A stretch of DNA of 64,000 bases from Nitrospirota bacterium (GTDB lineage Bacteria; Nitrospirota; UBA9217): assembly GCA_963663225.1 (NCBI GenBank), contig OY760142.1, forward strand, positions 1,376,001-1,440,000, given 5' to 3'. Shown here one piece after another: positions 1 to 9,616 of this stretch. Position numbers and translations under genes: made by a program. The notes beneath the pieces are model-generated. The model ran no database searches and was not told the origin of the DNA. It was given only the letters and a program-made list of their open reading frames with translations. The number at the start of each line of letters is the position of its first letter. Positions within the stretch are counted from its first letter, which is position 1.

Positions 1-225
1 GCTGATTTCAAAGGCATCGAGGTTCTCTGCTACACCGGTGATCGCATCGCCGATAGGTTGCTCGAGGATATCGGACAACGACGGCGTCATGTCCGAGGTT
101 ATCAGAAGCGTTCGCCGGCCTCTTGTTGCGAATGCTGCAGCGATTGCCGCTGAGCAGGTGGTTTTTCCTACACCGCCCTTGCCTCCGACCAAGAGCAATG
201 GTTTTTCAAGCTGACTTTGCAACAT
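1..225 (-). CDS. arsA: ArsA/GET3-family ATPase, 5' part (runs off window)
   Basis: Manual translation MLQSQLEKPLLLVGGKGGVGKTTCSAAIA...LITSDMTPSLSDIL shows the deviant Walker A motif GKGGVGKTT of the ArsA family. Confidence 0.8.
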   Translation of the reverse strand, partial: MLQSQLEKPLLLVGGKGGVGKTTCSAAIAAAFATRGRRTLLITSDMTPSLSDILEQPIGDAITGVAENLDAFEIS

Positions 226-284
226 GTCCTTCGTCCTTTTATAATGGTAATTAATACAAAAAAATAACTTGCGGGTTTGGAACC

Positions 285-1412
285 TCAGGGTTCGACAGTC
301 ACCAAGCGGTACTGCTTTGTACCGAGTCCCAGCCGCTCCGCCTCGTCAATCTGTATCTGCATAGGACGGGGATTCAGCTTGAACAGCACATCGTCTCCGG
401 GTTTTGCGTTCATATCGGCAGCTGCAGACTGAGGCAGAGGAGGAGCGGTACGAAGCATATCAAGCGACGCCTGTTCGATGGCCACGATGTCATCCGACAC
501 CATGATTCCCTGGTCCTGAATCATCGGGACGTCGGCCACCGGCATGCAATCACATTCCGGCTGAACATGCAGAAGGAAATTAACGTACAGAACTTTCTTT
601 TTTTCCTTGAATGTGGAAAGGACTGCTGCGGCAGCTTCAGCAAGGCTTTTCTGGAATTTTGCATCATCCTGAGGCTGTATAAGAGCGCCTTCCTGGCAAA
701 CGCGGCTGCACCGCGCGCAGTGCCAGCAGTTTTTTTCGTCGTATGTAAATGCACCATCCTTGAACTCAATCGAATGCAGAGGGCAGATGTTCATGCACTG
801 CCGGCAGAACGTGCAGCGTTCGGCATGCCATATAAGGGCAATATCTCCGTGGCAATGCATCCCTCCCCTCCCTTTTTTCCAGCCGTGTTCACGGTGGCGT
901 CCGCTTACGCAACCCATGGCAAGGTTCTTTATTGCTCCTCCGTACCCTGAGTTAATATGTCCTTTTGTATGCGTACAGACCACCATGGCAGGCACATCAA
1001 AAATTGTAGAAGCAACAGCGATGTTTTCAAGAATAGGGCCGGCTTTGACCAGGATGGTGTCTTTGCCGTAAAGGCCATCCGCCAGCACCAGCGGTGCACC
1101 GCAGGAAAGCTGATTCAACCCGTTCTGGTTGGCCACTTCAATGTAATCAAGCCCCATGATTCTTACTGTATCCGTTACAAACGGTTTTGCGCCGGTTTTT
1201 TTAACGGCATCAACAATTTTGCGGATCATGACTGCAGGGACGATTCTGAATGCGCCTTCCGAGCCCCAATGGGTTTTGATTGCGACCCAATCATCCTTTT
1301 CTAAGCGCTCTGCGAAGTTTATTCGGCTGATCAAGGCTTCAAGTTTTCCCGGAACGCTGTGGCTGTAGTCCCATTTATGAGTGCGTGCTGAGGAAAAATA
1401 AACAGTAGACAT
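285..1412 (-). CDS. DUF362 family Fe-S protein with 2x4Fe-4S ferredoxin insert
   Basis: AIKTHWG, HTKGH...GGAIKNLAMG, CxxCxxCxxxCP twice, PECDC; likely start MSTVYF at 1412. Confidence 0.85.
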   Translation of the reverse strand: MSTVYFSSARTHKWDYSHSVPGKLEALISRINFAERLEKDDWVAIKTHWGSEGAFRIVPAVMIRKIVDAVKKTGAKPFVTDTVRIMGLDYIEVANQNGLNQLSCGAPLVLADGLYGKDTILVKAGPILENIAVASTIFDVPAMVVCTHTKGHINSGYGGAIKNLAMGCVSGRHREHGWKKGRGGMHCHGDIALIWHAERCTFCRQCMNICPLHSIEFKDGAFTYDEKNCWHCARCSRVCQEGALIQPQDDAKFQKSLAEAAAAVLSTFKEKKKVLYVNFLLHVQPECDCMPVADVPMIQDQGIMVSDDIVAIEQASLDMLRTAPPLPQSAAADMNAKPGDDVLFKLNPRPMQIQIDEAERLGLGTKQYRLVTVEP

Positions 1413-1637
1413 GACAAACCTCTGACTTAAAAGAATTGCAGCAAGGGCGTGCTGCAATGCATTTTACACTATCAGTGAAAGTTCGTCCATATCGTGTGCA
1501 TGCAATTTTCTGGATAACAGATGGAGGGGCACTACGCGCCTGGAACCGGTTGTCAGAAAAATTTCTGACTGGGCATAGTCATCAAGAATATGAATGAGAA
1601 ACGGGTGTATTAAAGAAAAAATTCCTGGAATGCGTTT

Positions 1638-1997
1638 TCACAGTATCTGTTCATCTTCAGGGCGCCACGCAGGATCCACAATGCATAAAAAGACAAGATC
1701 AATTTTTCCGGAGTTATGGAGGCATTGTCGTGCATCCGGTGGAATGTAGACGGTGGATCCGGGACTGACCGGTGACGTCTCGTCATTGATATGCATGATG
1801 CCTTCGCCTTGCAAAATATAATACACCTCTGATGCACGGAGGCAATGCGACCATGTCGTTTTGCCCGGTTTTACCACTGCATGCGCAAGACTGTACCGGA
1901 TTTTCAGGTCCTCCTTGTCCGGATGCAGGATTTCCCGCAGCCGGCAGTTATCTCCGGCAATAAATTCTTCGCAGCTCATCAATTCACGAATAAACAT
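1638..1997 (-). CDS. Cupin domain protein
   Basis: H-x-L...EVYYILQGEG cupin motif; likely start MFIREL. Confidence 0.85.
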   Translation of the reverse strand: MFIRELMSCEEFIAGDNCRLREILHPDKEDLKIRYSLAHAVVKPGKTTWSHCLRASEVYYILQGEGIMHINDETSPVSPGSTVYIPPDARQCLHNSGKIDLVFLCIVDPAWRPEDEQIL

Positions 1998-2309
1998 TCG
2001 CACGCATCTCCTCTGATATTGAATACGATGGTATCCTGGCGGTAACAAGCAAACAAGAGTTGTTTCTGATAATAAAGTAAGTTTTTTTGCATGTCAACAA
2101 GCGGTTTCACTATTCACCATTTGTCTAAAAACGAGTTCTATTTATTCAAACGAAGTGCGAAATTTAAATGCCGCACTGAAAAGCGGAAAAGGCGCCGGAG
2201 CATCAGGTGGTGAAGCTTCGCAGAATGATTGCAAAAATCCGCTCTGCTGAACTGAAGCGTGATTCGATGAAGGGAAGGTCTGATTATACGCGTATAACCC
2301 GAATTAACT

Positions 2310-4970
2310 TTAGCTGTTCAAAAAACACACAGCTTGACTATGTTGCGGGTCGGCAACTGTTTTGGCAAATACACCATTTGTCGCCCGGGGTACATCGATA
2401 AGGCGGAGAATGGATTCGTATTTCGCAGCATCCGGCAGTAAATCAAGGAGAGCATTCGGTGCGGTTTTAAAGAATTCCGCCTGAAATTCTGCGGCAGCAT
2501 CATCTGGATACAACGGTAAATATATGATCTGGGATTCCACCAGATCCTGAAAGAAATGTGTGCCATACGATACTTCAGGCACGTGGCCGGCTTCTTCAAG
2601 GGCTATCTCTACGAGTACGGCTGCGTTGTCAATATCAGCATAACTCACGTTGACGCCAAGACTGATATTACTGCTGCCCCACCGCCCAGGACCCATCATC
2701 ATGATTTTTTCATTCTTGACAAGAGGATGACGGTTGATCTTCCCCACCAAGCGACCCAGGGTCTTTTTCATCTCGTCAGAAGCGAGGTGGTTATATTGTT
2801 TCGGGTCGATATAGAGAATGTATCGGATTTTTTCGACGATGCCGCCGCAGATCATGCGTTGGGAGCGGAACAAAATCTGTTTACGTTCCAGGTTGTCCGG
2901 CAATAAGACATTTGCAGGTGATCCGGGCAGGAAAAGCGGCCGGCACTGAAGGAGGTTCACGTGGACACGGCCGTCTGAATCTATGGATGCAGTAAATTCG
3001 ACATCCACAGGGTGACCGTATGCTTTCTCGAGCTTCGTCAAAATCGTCCCCAGGAGCGGAACAAAATCAGTCTTGCTCAGCAATTTATTAAACGTAAGAA
3101 TCCATTGGTGCGGTTGCCCTTCCACATGCTGGAACAGGGAGTCATACGGGTAATTGTCCCGCATGACTGAAACAAGCAAGTGCAGATTGGGATATGAGTC
3201 ATCGGTCAGCACGTCCATCAGGTAGCGGGTTACAAACTGGTTGGTTTTCAGGTCGAGCACGTCCACCTGATGTTGTGAATATTTGGCTATTTTAAGGCCG
3301 ACTTCAGGCCGCAGTTGGGGGTTGCTGATGGCGATCATGCGGGGATAATCAGAGCTTACCCGGTCAACCGCTCGTGTCCCGAGTCCAAATACGAGCCGGA
3401 TGATGCCCTGGCGGGAGTCGATCCGGTCGTTCCATGCATACAGATTTCGCGAGAAAGCCACCCCGGACAGGGTAGGGAAAAAAAACTGCTGGTGGGGCGT
3501 GCCCGCGACGCGTTGTATCAGGATAGCCATTTGCTCGTCATTTTCGCCGAGCCCCCGTTTGCTGCGATAGGAGAGGGCGTCAGGGTTCAGAGCACTTGCA
3601 TAGACCAGTTTAACGGCGCGCATAAAATCCGCCAGGCGCGTGTCGGGATCACCCTGGTTGGTGCAAAAAACACTCAGATATTTTCCCGCAAAAGCGTTCC
3701 CGAAGCTGTCTTCCAGCAAGCTGCTGGAGCGTACGATGATCGGCGACTGCCCATAGTAATCAAGCATGTCGCGAAACTGATCCTGCATGTCCGCGGAGAA
3801 ACGACCTGCCAGGAAACGTTCCTCCACTTCGGCGAATTCCTCATGGGAAATGACAGTATCCCGCGTCAACTGCAGCCTGAGCCGGAAAAGATTATTGTCG
3901 ACGAGAAACGTGAAGAAGACATCTGAACCAAGGTAGAAGGAATCATGATCCTCCAGCCGTTCAGAGAGGTCTTCCCGTGCTTCGTCCTGGTCCGTCAGCA
4001 GGATGCGCCGTGCCAGCAACATCCCTGCTGCTTTACCTCCGATACGGCCTGCTCCCATAAGACGATTACGCATGGCAAGCAAATCCGCCAGGGTAAAATA
4101 CTTTTCCGCCAGCCGGTTGAAAGCAGGGTGGTGTCCAATGAGCATATGACACAATTCCTGCTTGAGAGCGATCTGCTCCGGGTCCGTTTCATCGAAGCCG
4201 GAAGTGGTCTGGCTGTAGTGCAGGAGTTTTAAATATACACTCTCCCAGGGGGCCAGCAATTGCGTTGTAGCACTCAAGGGCGACTGGCGAGCCGACGTCA
4301 ATACTTTTGCGGCATCCCGACTGTCAGAAAGGGGCGCCCAGGTATCATCGGACACAATATGGGGCAGAAACATCTGCGGTGAATAGCGGTCCCAAACCTT
4401 GATGGGATGGACATGCATGCTGCCCTTGGCGTGATACACATCCAGAAGGATTTGGGTTGTGTCCCGAATGCGAGCGATAGCGCGGTGGGAATGCTGGCCG
4501 CGCGTCAGGGCAAAATAGGCGATCGTGCGCAATTCGAACAAAAAGGGGCAGGTGACTTGAAAGAAATTAGCAACCAGTTCATCGGTTGCCCACTCCACAA
4601 GCAAAGCAGACAGGTTATCAAAAACGTAAAAAACCTGCGGACCGCGCATTTCAATGAGTCTTTGAACTTCCCGCGTAAACGCATCAAAGCCTAGGCTTGC
4701 GTTCAACTCAATGGTTTCCATGCCCGGACGGGGCGTCAGGACCGGGGGGTGGGATGCAAATCGCAGATATACCAGTTGGCGGTGTTCGCCGAGCGCGGTA
4801 TCGGCAAACGGTTCCGCGAAGTACCGGTAATCTTCAAGACTGTCAATCTGCCAGACAATATTATCACCCAGCCGGATGCCTTGCAGAATTTCATCCAAGG
4901 CCTTCAGGCCGCTCCGGACGGTTACCGGGTCCATGAATTTTTCACTCATTGCGGGATTACTCATTTCCAA
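2310..4970 (-). CDS. KaiC/RecA-like N-domain fused to PEP-synthase/PPDK-type nucleotide-binding domain (PEP/pyruvate-binding domain protein)
   Basis: IGGKAAG, IVRSSSLLEDSFGNAFAGKY, GLGTRAV, DVEF, LLQCRP; no phospho-His or pyruvate domain seen; start uncertain (4970/4964/4949). Confidence 0.8.
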   Translation of the reverse strand: MEMSNPAMSEKFMDPVTVRSGLKALDEILQGIRLGDNIVWQIDSLEDYRYFAEPFADTALGEHRQLVYLRFASHPPVLTPRPGMETIELNASLGFDAFTREVQRLIEMRGPQVFYVFDNLSALLVEWATDELVANFFQVTCPFLFELRTIAYFALTRGQHSHRAIARIRDTTQILLDVYHAKGSMHVHPIKVWDRYSPQMFLPHIVSDDTWAPLSDSRDAAKVLTSARQSPLSATTQLLAPWESVYLKLLHYSQTTSGFDETDPEQIALKQELCHMLIGHHPAFNRLAEKYFTLADLLAMRNRLMGAGRIGGKAAGMLLARRILLTDQDEAREDLSERLEDHDSFYLGSDVFFTFLVDNNLFRLRLQLTRDTVISHEEFAEVEERFLAGRFSADMQDQFRDMLDYYGQSPIIVRSSSLLEDSFGNAFAGKYLSVFCTNQGDPDTRLADFMRAVKLVYASALNPDALSYRSKRGLGENDEQMAILIQRVAGTPHQQFFFPTLSGVAFSRNLYAWNDRIDSRQGIIRLVFGLGTRAVDRVSSDYPRMIAISNPQLRPEVGLKIAKYSQHQVDVLDLKTNQFVTRYLMDVLTDDSYPNLHLLVSVMRDNYPYDSLFQHVEGQPHQWILTFNKLLSKTDFVPLLGTILTKLEKAYGHPVDVEFTASIDSDGRVHVNLLQCRPLFLPGSPANVLLPDNLERKQILFRSQRMICGGIVEKIRYILYIDPKQYNHLASDEMKKTLGRLVGKINRHPLVKNEKIMMMGPGRWGSSNISLGVNVSYADIDNAAVLVEIALEEAGHVPEVSYGTHFFQDLVESQIIYLPLYPDDAAAEFQAEFFKTAPNALLDLLPDAAKYESILRLIDVPRATNGVFAKTVADPQHSQAVCFLNS

Positions 4971-5121
4971 AATTTTTTTTGGTCAATATTGTACCATAGT
5001 ACAGCTCACCGTAAAATGCAAGGTGAAACGGAGGATATTTTGCTCTGAATTCAGATAAAATCATGATTTTTCCCAAGAAAGCAACTCTTCCGTACTGTGC
5101 CGAATTCGTCCGAGAATCTTC

Positions 5122-5150
5122 TTGACAGCGGTAAAAAAATGAGCAACAAT
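5122..5150 (+). promoter_or_regulatory. Putative sigma70 promoter of the HTH-cupin regulator
   Basis: TTGACA-17bp-AACAAT. Confidence 0.5.
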
Positions 5151-5163
5151 GCTCCTCGGCATC

Positions 5164-5211
5164 GGCAATCATTTGCCTACCAAAACCTATGACAAACGGC
5201 AATCATTTACC
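5164..5211. promoter_or_regulatory. Tandem palindromic operators GGCAATCATTTGCC (5164-5177) and GGCAATCATTTACC (5198-5211), candidate NrpR sites
   Basis: Same GGCAA-N4-TTGCC core as the operator upstream of glutamate synthase; located just downstream of the promoter. Confidence 0.55.
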
Positions 5212-6463
5212 GAAGAAAATATCCTCAGGATCGAGCAGCCTCGACTCCTTGATTAATGAATTCTCCATCGGCGACAATGTCGTCTGGGAGGTGGATGCCG
5301 GGACCTTGTCCGGCACTTTTATCCGGAGATTCATCTCGCAGTCGCTCAAAGATGCCCAGATGGTGATTTACGTCAGCTTCAACCGGTCTCCCCAGACCGT
5401 GTTGAACGAGCTCGGAAAAATTTCTTCATTCGAACACTTTACCCTGATCGACTGCTTCACATCGGGCAAAGGAAAGAACGACAATACATTCCTCAAATTC
5501 TATGAAAAGCCGTGCACCGGTGTCGTGCGAATTGAAGACCCGCGGGACATCAACCGGTTCACGGTGACGCTGAACGCCATCGAGGACAAACTCCCGCAGG
5601 GTGCACGGTACGTCTTTGACAGCCTTACTGGCATGCAGGATCTCTGGGGAGACGAGGATGAGACACACCGGTTTTTCACCTACATGTGCCCTCGGCTCTA
5701 CGATCTCGGCACGGTTGCATATTGGATGCTTGAAAAAGAAGCACACAGCCCCCGGTTCAAGGCAAACCTGCGGCATATTACGCAGGTTGCGTTTGATCTT
5801 TCGAAGCGAAAGAACAGCCTTTTCCTGAAAGCGCTGAAGCTTGAGGGCAGGGAAGACCGGGAAGCGTTTAAACCCCATCAATACGAGGTCAAGGATGATG
5901 TGGTGACGCTGACGGCTCCCCGCAAGGAGCCCACAACCGATATCGGCGGGAAGCTGAAAGAGGAGCGTCTCCGGATCGGAATGAACCAGAAGGAGCTTGC
6001 AGACAAGGTGGGGCTCACACCCAGCTTTGTATCGCAGCTTGAGAACGACCAGGTAAGCCCGTCGCTCAGCACCTACGTGCAGATCTGCAGGGCGCTCGGC
6101 ATTTCTCCCGGCCACTTCCTGAAAGGCGACACCGGCGAAGCTGCCAGCTGGCTGCTGAAAAAAGAAACAATTTTTTCCCGCATTCCCGCGCTTGATGGTC
6201 AGGTAAAAATATATCAGGCACTGGGCAGCAGAAAATATTCCGTGCGCATCGCCGTGCTTCCGCCCTACGCTGAAATACAAGGTCATTTTTTTCATCATGC
6301 AGAAGAAGAGTTGCTCTATGTTATGGAAGGCGCTCTTCTGGTAACGGTTGCCGGACGCCAGGAACGAATTGCACCGGGGGACATGCTTCATCTCAGGGAT
6401 TCATTTCCCACATATTGGAAAAACGAAGGGGGTGGTGAGGCGCGCGTGCTCGTTGTTTGGTAG
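5189..6463 (+). CDS. Transcriptional regulator: KaiC/RecA-like domain + XRE HTH + cupin
   Basis: GDNVVWEVD, YVFDSLT; LKEERLRIGMNQKELADKVGLTPSFVSQLEND HTH; EELLYVMEG cupin. Confidence 0.85.
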   Translation: MTNGNHLPKKISSGSSSLDSLINEFSIGDNVVWEVDAGTLSGTFIRRFISQSLKDAQMVIYVSFNRSPQTVLNELGKISSFEHFTLIDCFTSGKGKNDNTFLKFYEKPCTGVVRIEDPRDINRFTVTLNAIEDKLPQGARYVFDSLTGMQDLWGDEDETHRFFTYMCPRLYDLGTVAYWMLEKEAHSPRFKANLRHITQVAFDLSKRKNSLFLKALKLEGREDREAFKPHQYEVKDDVVTLTAPRKEPTTDIGGKLKEERLRIGMNQKELADKVGLTPSFVSQLENDQVSPSLSTYVQICRALGISPGHFLKGDTGEAASWLLKKETIFSRIPALDGQVKIYQALGSRKYSVRIAVLPPYAEIQGHFFHHAEEELLYVMEGALLVTVAGRQERIAPGDMLHLRDSFPTYWKNEGGGEARVLVVW

Positions 6464-6714
6464 TGTTTTTGTCAGGATGACTATTTTTTTCTGGCACTCT
6501 TGCAGCGTGCATCAGCACGTAATTTTTGCAATTTGCAATATGAAAACAAGTGATTTTTTTTGTCTTCATGGTTAATTATTGCTGAATTTTTAAAAGGTAA
6601 AATTCATTATTGCTTAAAGGAGGGGGCAATGTCGGAATAGAAAAATGATTGCATCAGATGTCCACATACTATTTGTGCAAGAAATACAATAAAAAAATAA
6701 AAGGAGAAAAGAAC

Positions 6715-7965
6715 ATGGCAGAGCTTAATCCATTTAAAATCGTTCACAAACAGCTTGAAGACTGCGCAAGAATTTTGAAATTTGACAAGGGAACACATGA
6801 AATGTTGAAGCGCCCCATGAGAGAGCTTCATGTTTCCATTCCAGTAAAGATGGACAACGGCGAGACGCAGGTTTTCGACGGATTCAGGGTCCAGTACAAC
6901 GATTCACGCGGGCCGACGAAGGGTGGAATCAGGTTCCATCCCGATGAAACAATCGACACCGTGCGTGCTCTTGCGGCATGGATGACCTGGAAAACGGCGG
7001 TCGTTGATATTCCGCTTGGCGGGGGAAAGGGCGGTATCGTCTGTGATCCAAAAAACCTGTCCCAGGGAGAACTCGAGCGGCTCAGCCGTGGATATGCGCG
7101 GGCGATCGGCCCTGATTTCTGGGGCCCCGAACAGGACGTCCCGGCTCCAGATGTATATACCACACCCCAGATCATGACCTGGATAATGGATGAATACTCC
7201 AAAATGCAGGGGAAAAATCAGTTCGGTCTGATCACGGGCAAACCTATCATGCTGGGCGGATCGCTGGGCAGAGGCGACGCGACAGCGCGCGGCGGCTGGT
7301 ACACCATAAGAGAAGCGGCGCAGATCCTGGGAATTGAGCTTTCAAAAGCCAAGATTGCGGTGCAAGGGTACGGCAATGCCGGCTATTTTGCCGCCGCTCT
7401 CGGAAAATCATTGTTCGGATGCAAGACAATAGCGGTTTCAGACAGCAAGGGCGGAATCATGGATGAAGCGGGGCTCGATCCGGAGGCGGTGAACGAGTAT
7501 AAGAAAAAAACCGGCTCCGTGGTAGGTTTCCCGGGAGCAAAGCCTATTTCCAATGAAGCACTTCTGGAACTGCCGGTTGACATTCTTATACCGTCAGCGC
7601 TGGAAAACGTGATTACGGAGAAAAATGCGGGAAATATCAAAGCGAAAATAAGCGCGGAACTGGCAAATGGACCGACGACTCCGGAAGCGGACGATATCCT
7701 GTACAAAAAAGGTGTTCACGTGATACCGGATTTCCTGTGCAATGCAGGAGGCGTGACCGTGTCTTATTTTGAAATGGTTCAGAACTTCTACCAGCATTAC
7801 TGGACGGAAAAAGAAGTACAAGAAAAGCTTGATCTGAAAATGAAAACGGCATACCATGCGGTCGTGGCTGCTTCGAAGATGTACAAGATCAACATGCGGC
7901 AGGCCGCGTATGTTGTTGCGGTTCAGCGCGTTGTCGAAGCGATGAAACTTCGTGGCTGGGTATAG
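6715..7965 (+). CDS. gdhA: Glutamate dehydrogenase (Glu/Leu/Phe/Val family)
   Basis: [41 protein letters not shown]; RBS aaggag. Confidence 0.95.
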   Translation: MAELNPFKIVHKQLEDCARILKFDKGTHEMLKRPMRELHVSIPVKMDNGETQVFDGFRVQYNDSRGPTKGGIRFHPDETIDTVRALAAWMTWKTAVVDIPLGGGKGGIVCDPKNLSQGELERLSRGYARAIGPDFWGPEQDVPAPDVYTTPQIMTWIMDEYSKMQGKNQFGLITGKPIMLGGSLGRGDATARGGWYTIREAAQILGIELSKAKIAVQGYGNAGYFAAALGKSLFGCKTIAVSDSKGGIMDEAGLDPEAVNEYKKKTGSVVGFPGAKPISNEALLELPVDILIPSALENVITEKNAGNIKAKISAELANGPTTPEADDILYKKGVHVIPDFLCNAGGVTVSYFEMVQNFYQHYWTEKEVQEKLDLKMKTAYHAVVAASKMYKINMRQAAYVVAVQRVVEAMKLRGWV

Positions 7966-8004
7966 CATATTCTGATGTAACAAAAAGATTGAAGTTATAG
8001 ATTC

Positions 8005-8046
8005 GCAGGAGCTATTCTGCATGCAGAATAGCTCCTGCAGTTTTTG
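8005..8046 (+). terminator. Perfect 34-bp palindrome plus T-run after gdh
   Basis: gcaggagctattctgca/tgcagaatagctcctgc followed by agtttttt. Confidence 0.7.
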
Positions 8047-8074
8047 TTGAAACTGTCTTCCAGGAGAAACAGAC

Positions 8075-9064
8075 ATGAACAAAGCCCAGCGCGCAATCCT
8101 CACCATACTGAATCAATATCAGACTGTAGTCGGATCTCGTGAGCTGTCAAAACAATTGACGCTGCACGGGGTAGATCTTACCGAGCGAACGGTCCGGTAT
8201 TATTTAAAGATACTTGACAAACGAGGCTATACCAGGGTTTATGGCAAAACAGGGCGGAAGATCACGGAGCAGGGAATGGAAGAACTCAGACATTCTTTCG
8301 TTTCGGGCAGAATCGGATTTGTGATCAGCAGAATTGAAACACTTTCCTATCTGATGACGCTGGATATGGCGTCACTCGAAGGAAGCGTGATCCTTAATTG
8401 CTCTTTTTTCCCCGAAAATAAACTGCGGCGCGCGTTAAATCTGATCAAGCCGATCATCTCCTCGCCGTTTGTGATGAGCGACCGGATGATTCTGGCAGAG
8501 GCCGGGGAAAAAATCGGCGATAACATTGTCCCCAAAGGGATGGTGGGGCTGGGCACAATGTGCAGCGTTACGATCAACGGGATTTTTCTCAAAGCTGGAA
8601 TTCCCCTTACGTCACGTTTTGCAGGAGTCGTTGAGACGGTGGATGGAAAACCGCGCCGGTTTCTGTCTCTAATCAGCTACGCAGGCTCCTCTCTTGATCC
8701 GATTGAAATATTTATTAAAAGCGGGATGACAGCGGTGACCAGCGCTGTTGCCGGACGTTCCGGAAAAATCCTTGCGAGTTTCCGGGAAATACCCGTGGTA
8801 TGTCTCGAAAAGGCAAAAAAACTCGCCCGAGCAATGGAAGATCGCGGGATGCGAGGCATTTTGCTTATTGGCTGCCCGAACAAACCGCTGCTCGAAGTGC
8901 CTGTGGGAATCGACAAGGTGGGCATCGTTATTGTCGGCGGACTGAATCCGGTGGCAGTACTGGAAGAACATGGCATTCCCACAGAAAGCAAGGCCACATC
9001 GACTCTATTTGATTATTCTCGTCTCTCTCCCTTTTCAGAGGCTGTGCAGGATTTCATGCGATAG
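8075..9064 (+). CDS. nrpR: NrpR family nitrogen repressor (wHTH + single NRD/DUF128)
   Basis: LTERTVRYYLK wHTH, TMCSVTINGI, YAGSSLDPIEIFI, GGLNPVA. Confidence 0.9.
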   Translation: MNKAQRAILTILNQYQTVVGSRELSKQLTLHGVDLTERTVRYYLKILDKRGYTRVYGKTGRKITEQGMEELRHSFVSGRIGFVISRIETLSYLMTLDMASLEGSVILNCSFFPENKLRRALNLIKPIISSPFVMSDRMILAEAGEKIGDNIVPKGMVGLGTMCSVTINGIFLKAGIPLTSRFAGVVETVDGKPRRFLSLISYAGSSLDPIEIFIKSGMTAVTSAVAGRSGKILASFREIPVVCLEKAKKLARAMEDRGMRGILLIGCPNKPLLEVPVGIDKVGIVIVGGLNPVAVLEEHGIPTESKATSTLFDYSRLSPFSEAVQDFMR

Positions 9065-9288
9065 CTTCTTCCATCAATGCCTCCGTAGAAACCATAAGAT
9101 TGCAATAATTTTATGCTACAATTAAATAAAGCGAAAGTATTTAATGCCGGAAATTAAGTATTTCTTAATTAGGCCTGTTCCTGATCAAGAACTACAAACT
9201 GATTGTATGCAACCCTTACCGAACACGTGCCGGAGCGGGAATATGCGGGATTTCCGCGAGGGGAGGCCATGCATCTAGTACTTTTTAC

Positions 9289-9343
9289 TTGACGGAAATC
9301 AGACGTGGGTGTATGTTAAAAACAACGGCAATAGATTGCCGTT
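9289..9343 (+). promoter_or_regulatory. sigma70 promoter with overlapping palindromic operator for the glutamate synthase operon
   Basis: TTGACG-17bp-TATGTT; aacggcaat-ag-attgccgtt at 9324-9343. Confidence 0.65.
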
Positions 9344-9344
9344 C

Positions 9345-9371
9345 AAAATCCCCTCACTAGAGGGGATTTTT
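9345..9371 (+). terminator. Terminator-like hairpin in the glt leader
   Basis: aaaatcccctc-acta-gaggggattttt. Confidence 0.5.
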
Positions 9372-9616
9372 ATCATGGTTGCCATGCTGACGGGCAACCG
9401 GTTGTCAGTTCGAGAATGCGATCCCGCCTGGCAGCAAAAATCTTAACAGCACGTGGCAAACAGCCATAGCCGGAAAAATCCAAGGACAAGGCCACATCAA
9501 AGAATCACCGTTGTCTTTAATCAACAGCAACCGTGCTCGGTTGTCTGGAGGTCAGGATTGGCCGTTTTGTCAGCATTTGAAATTTACCGGTTTAGATTTC
9601 ACTCAGGAGCAATCAT

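Noticed and set aside
6492-6505. sigma54 promoter TGGCAC..TTGC upstream of gdh
   Set aside because: Spacing between GG and GC elements is too short
9450-9500. c-di-GMP-I riboswitch suggested by GGCAAAC
   Set aside because: Downstream GGGACGCAAA and P2 elements are absent
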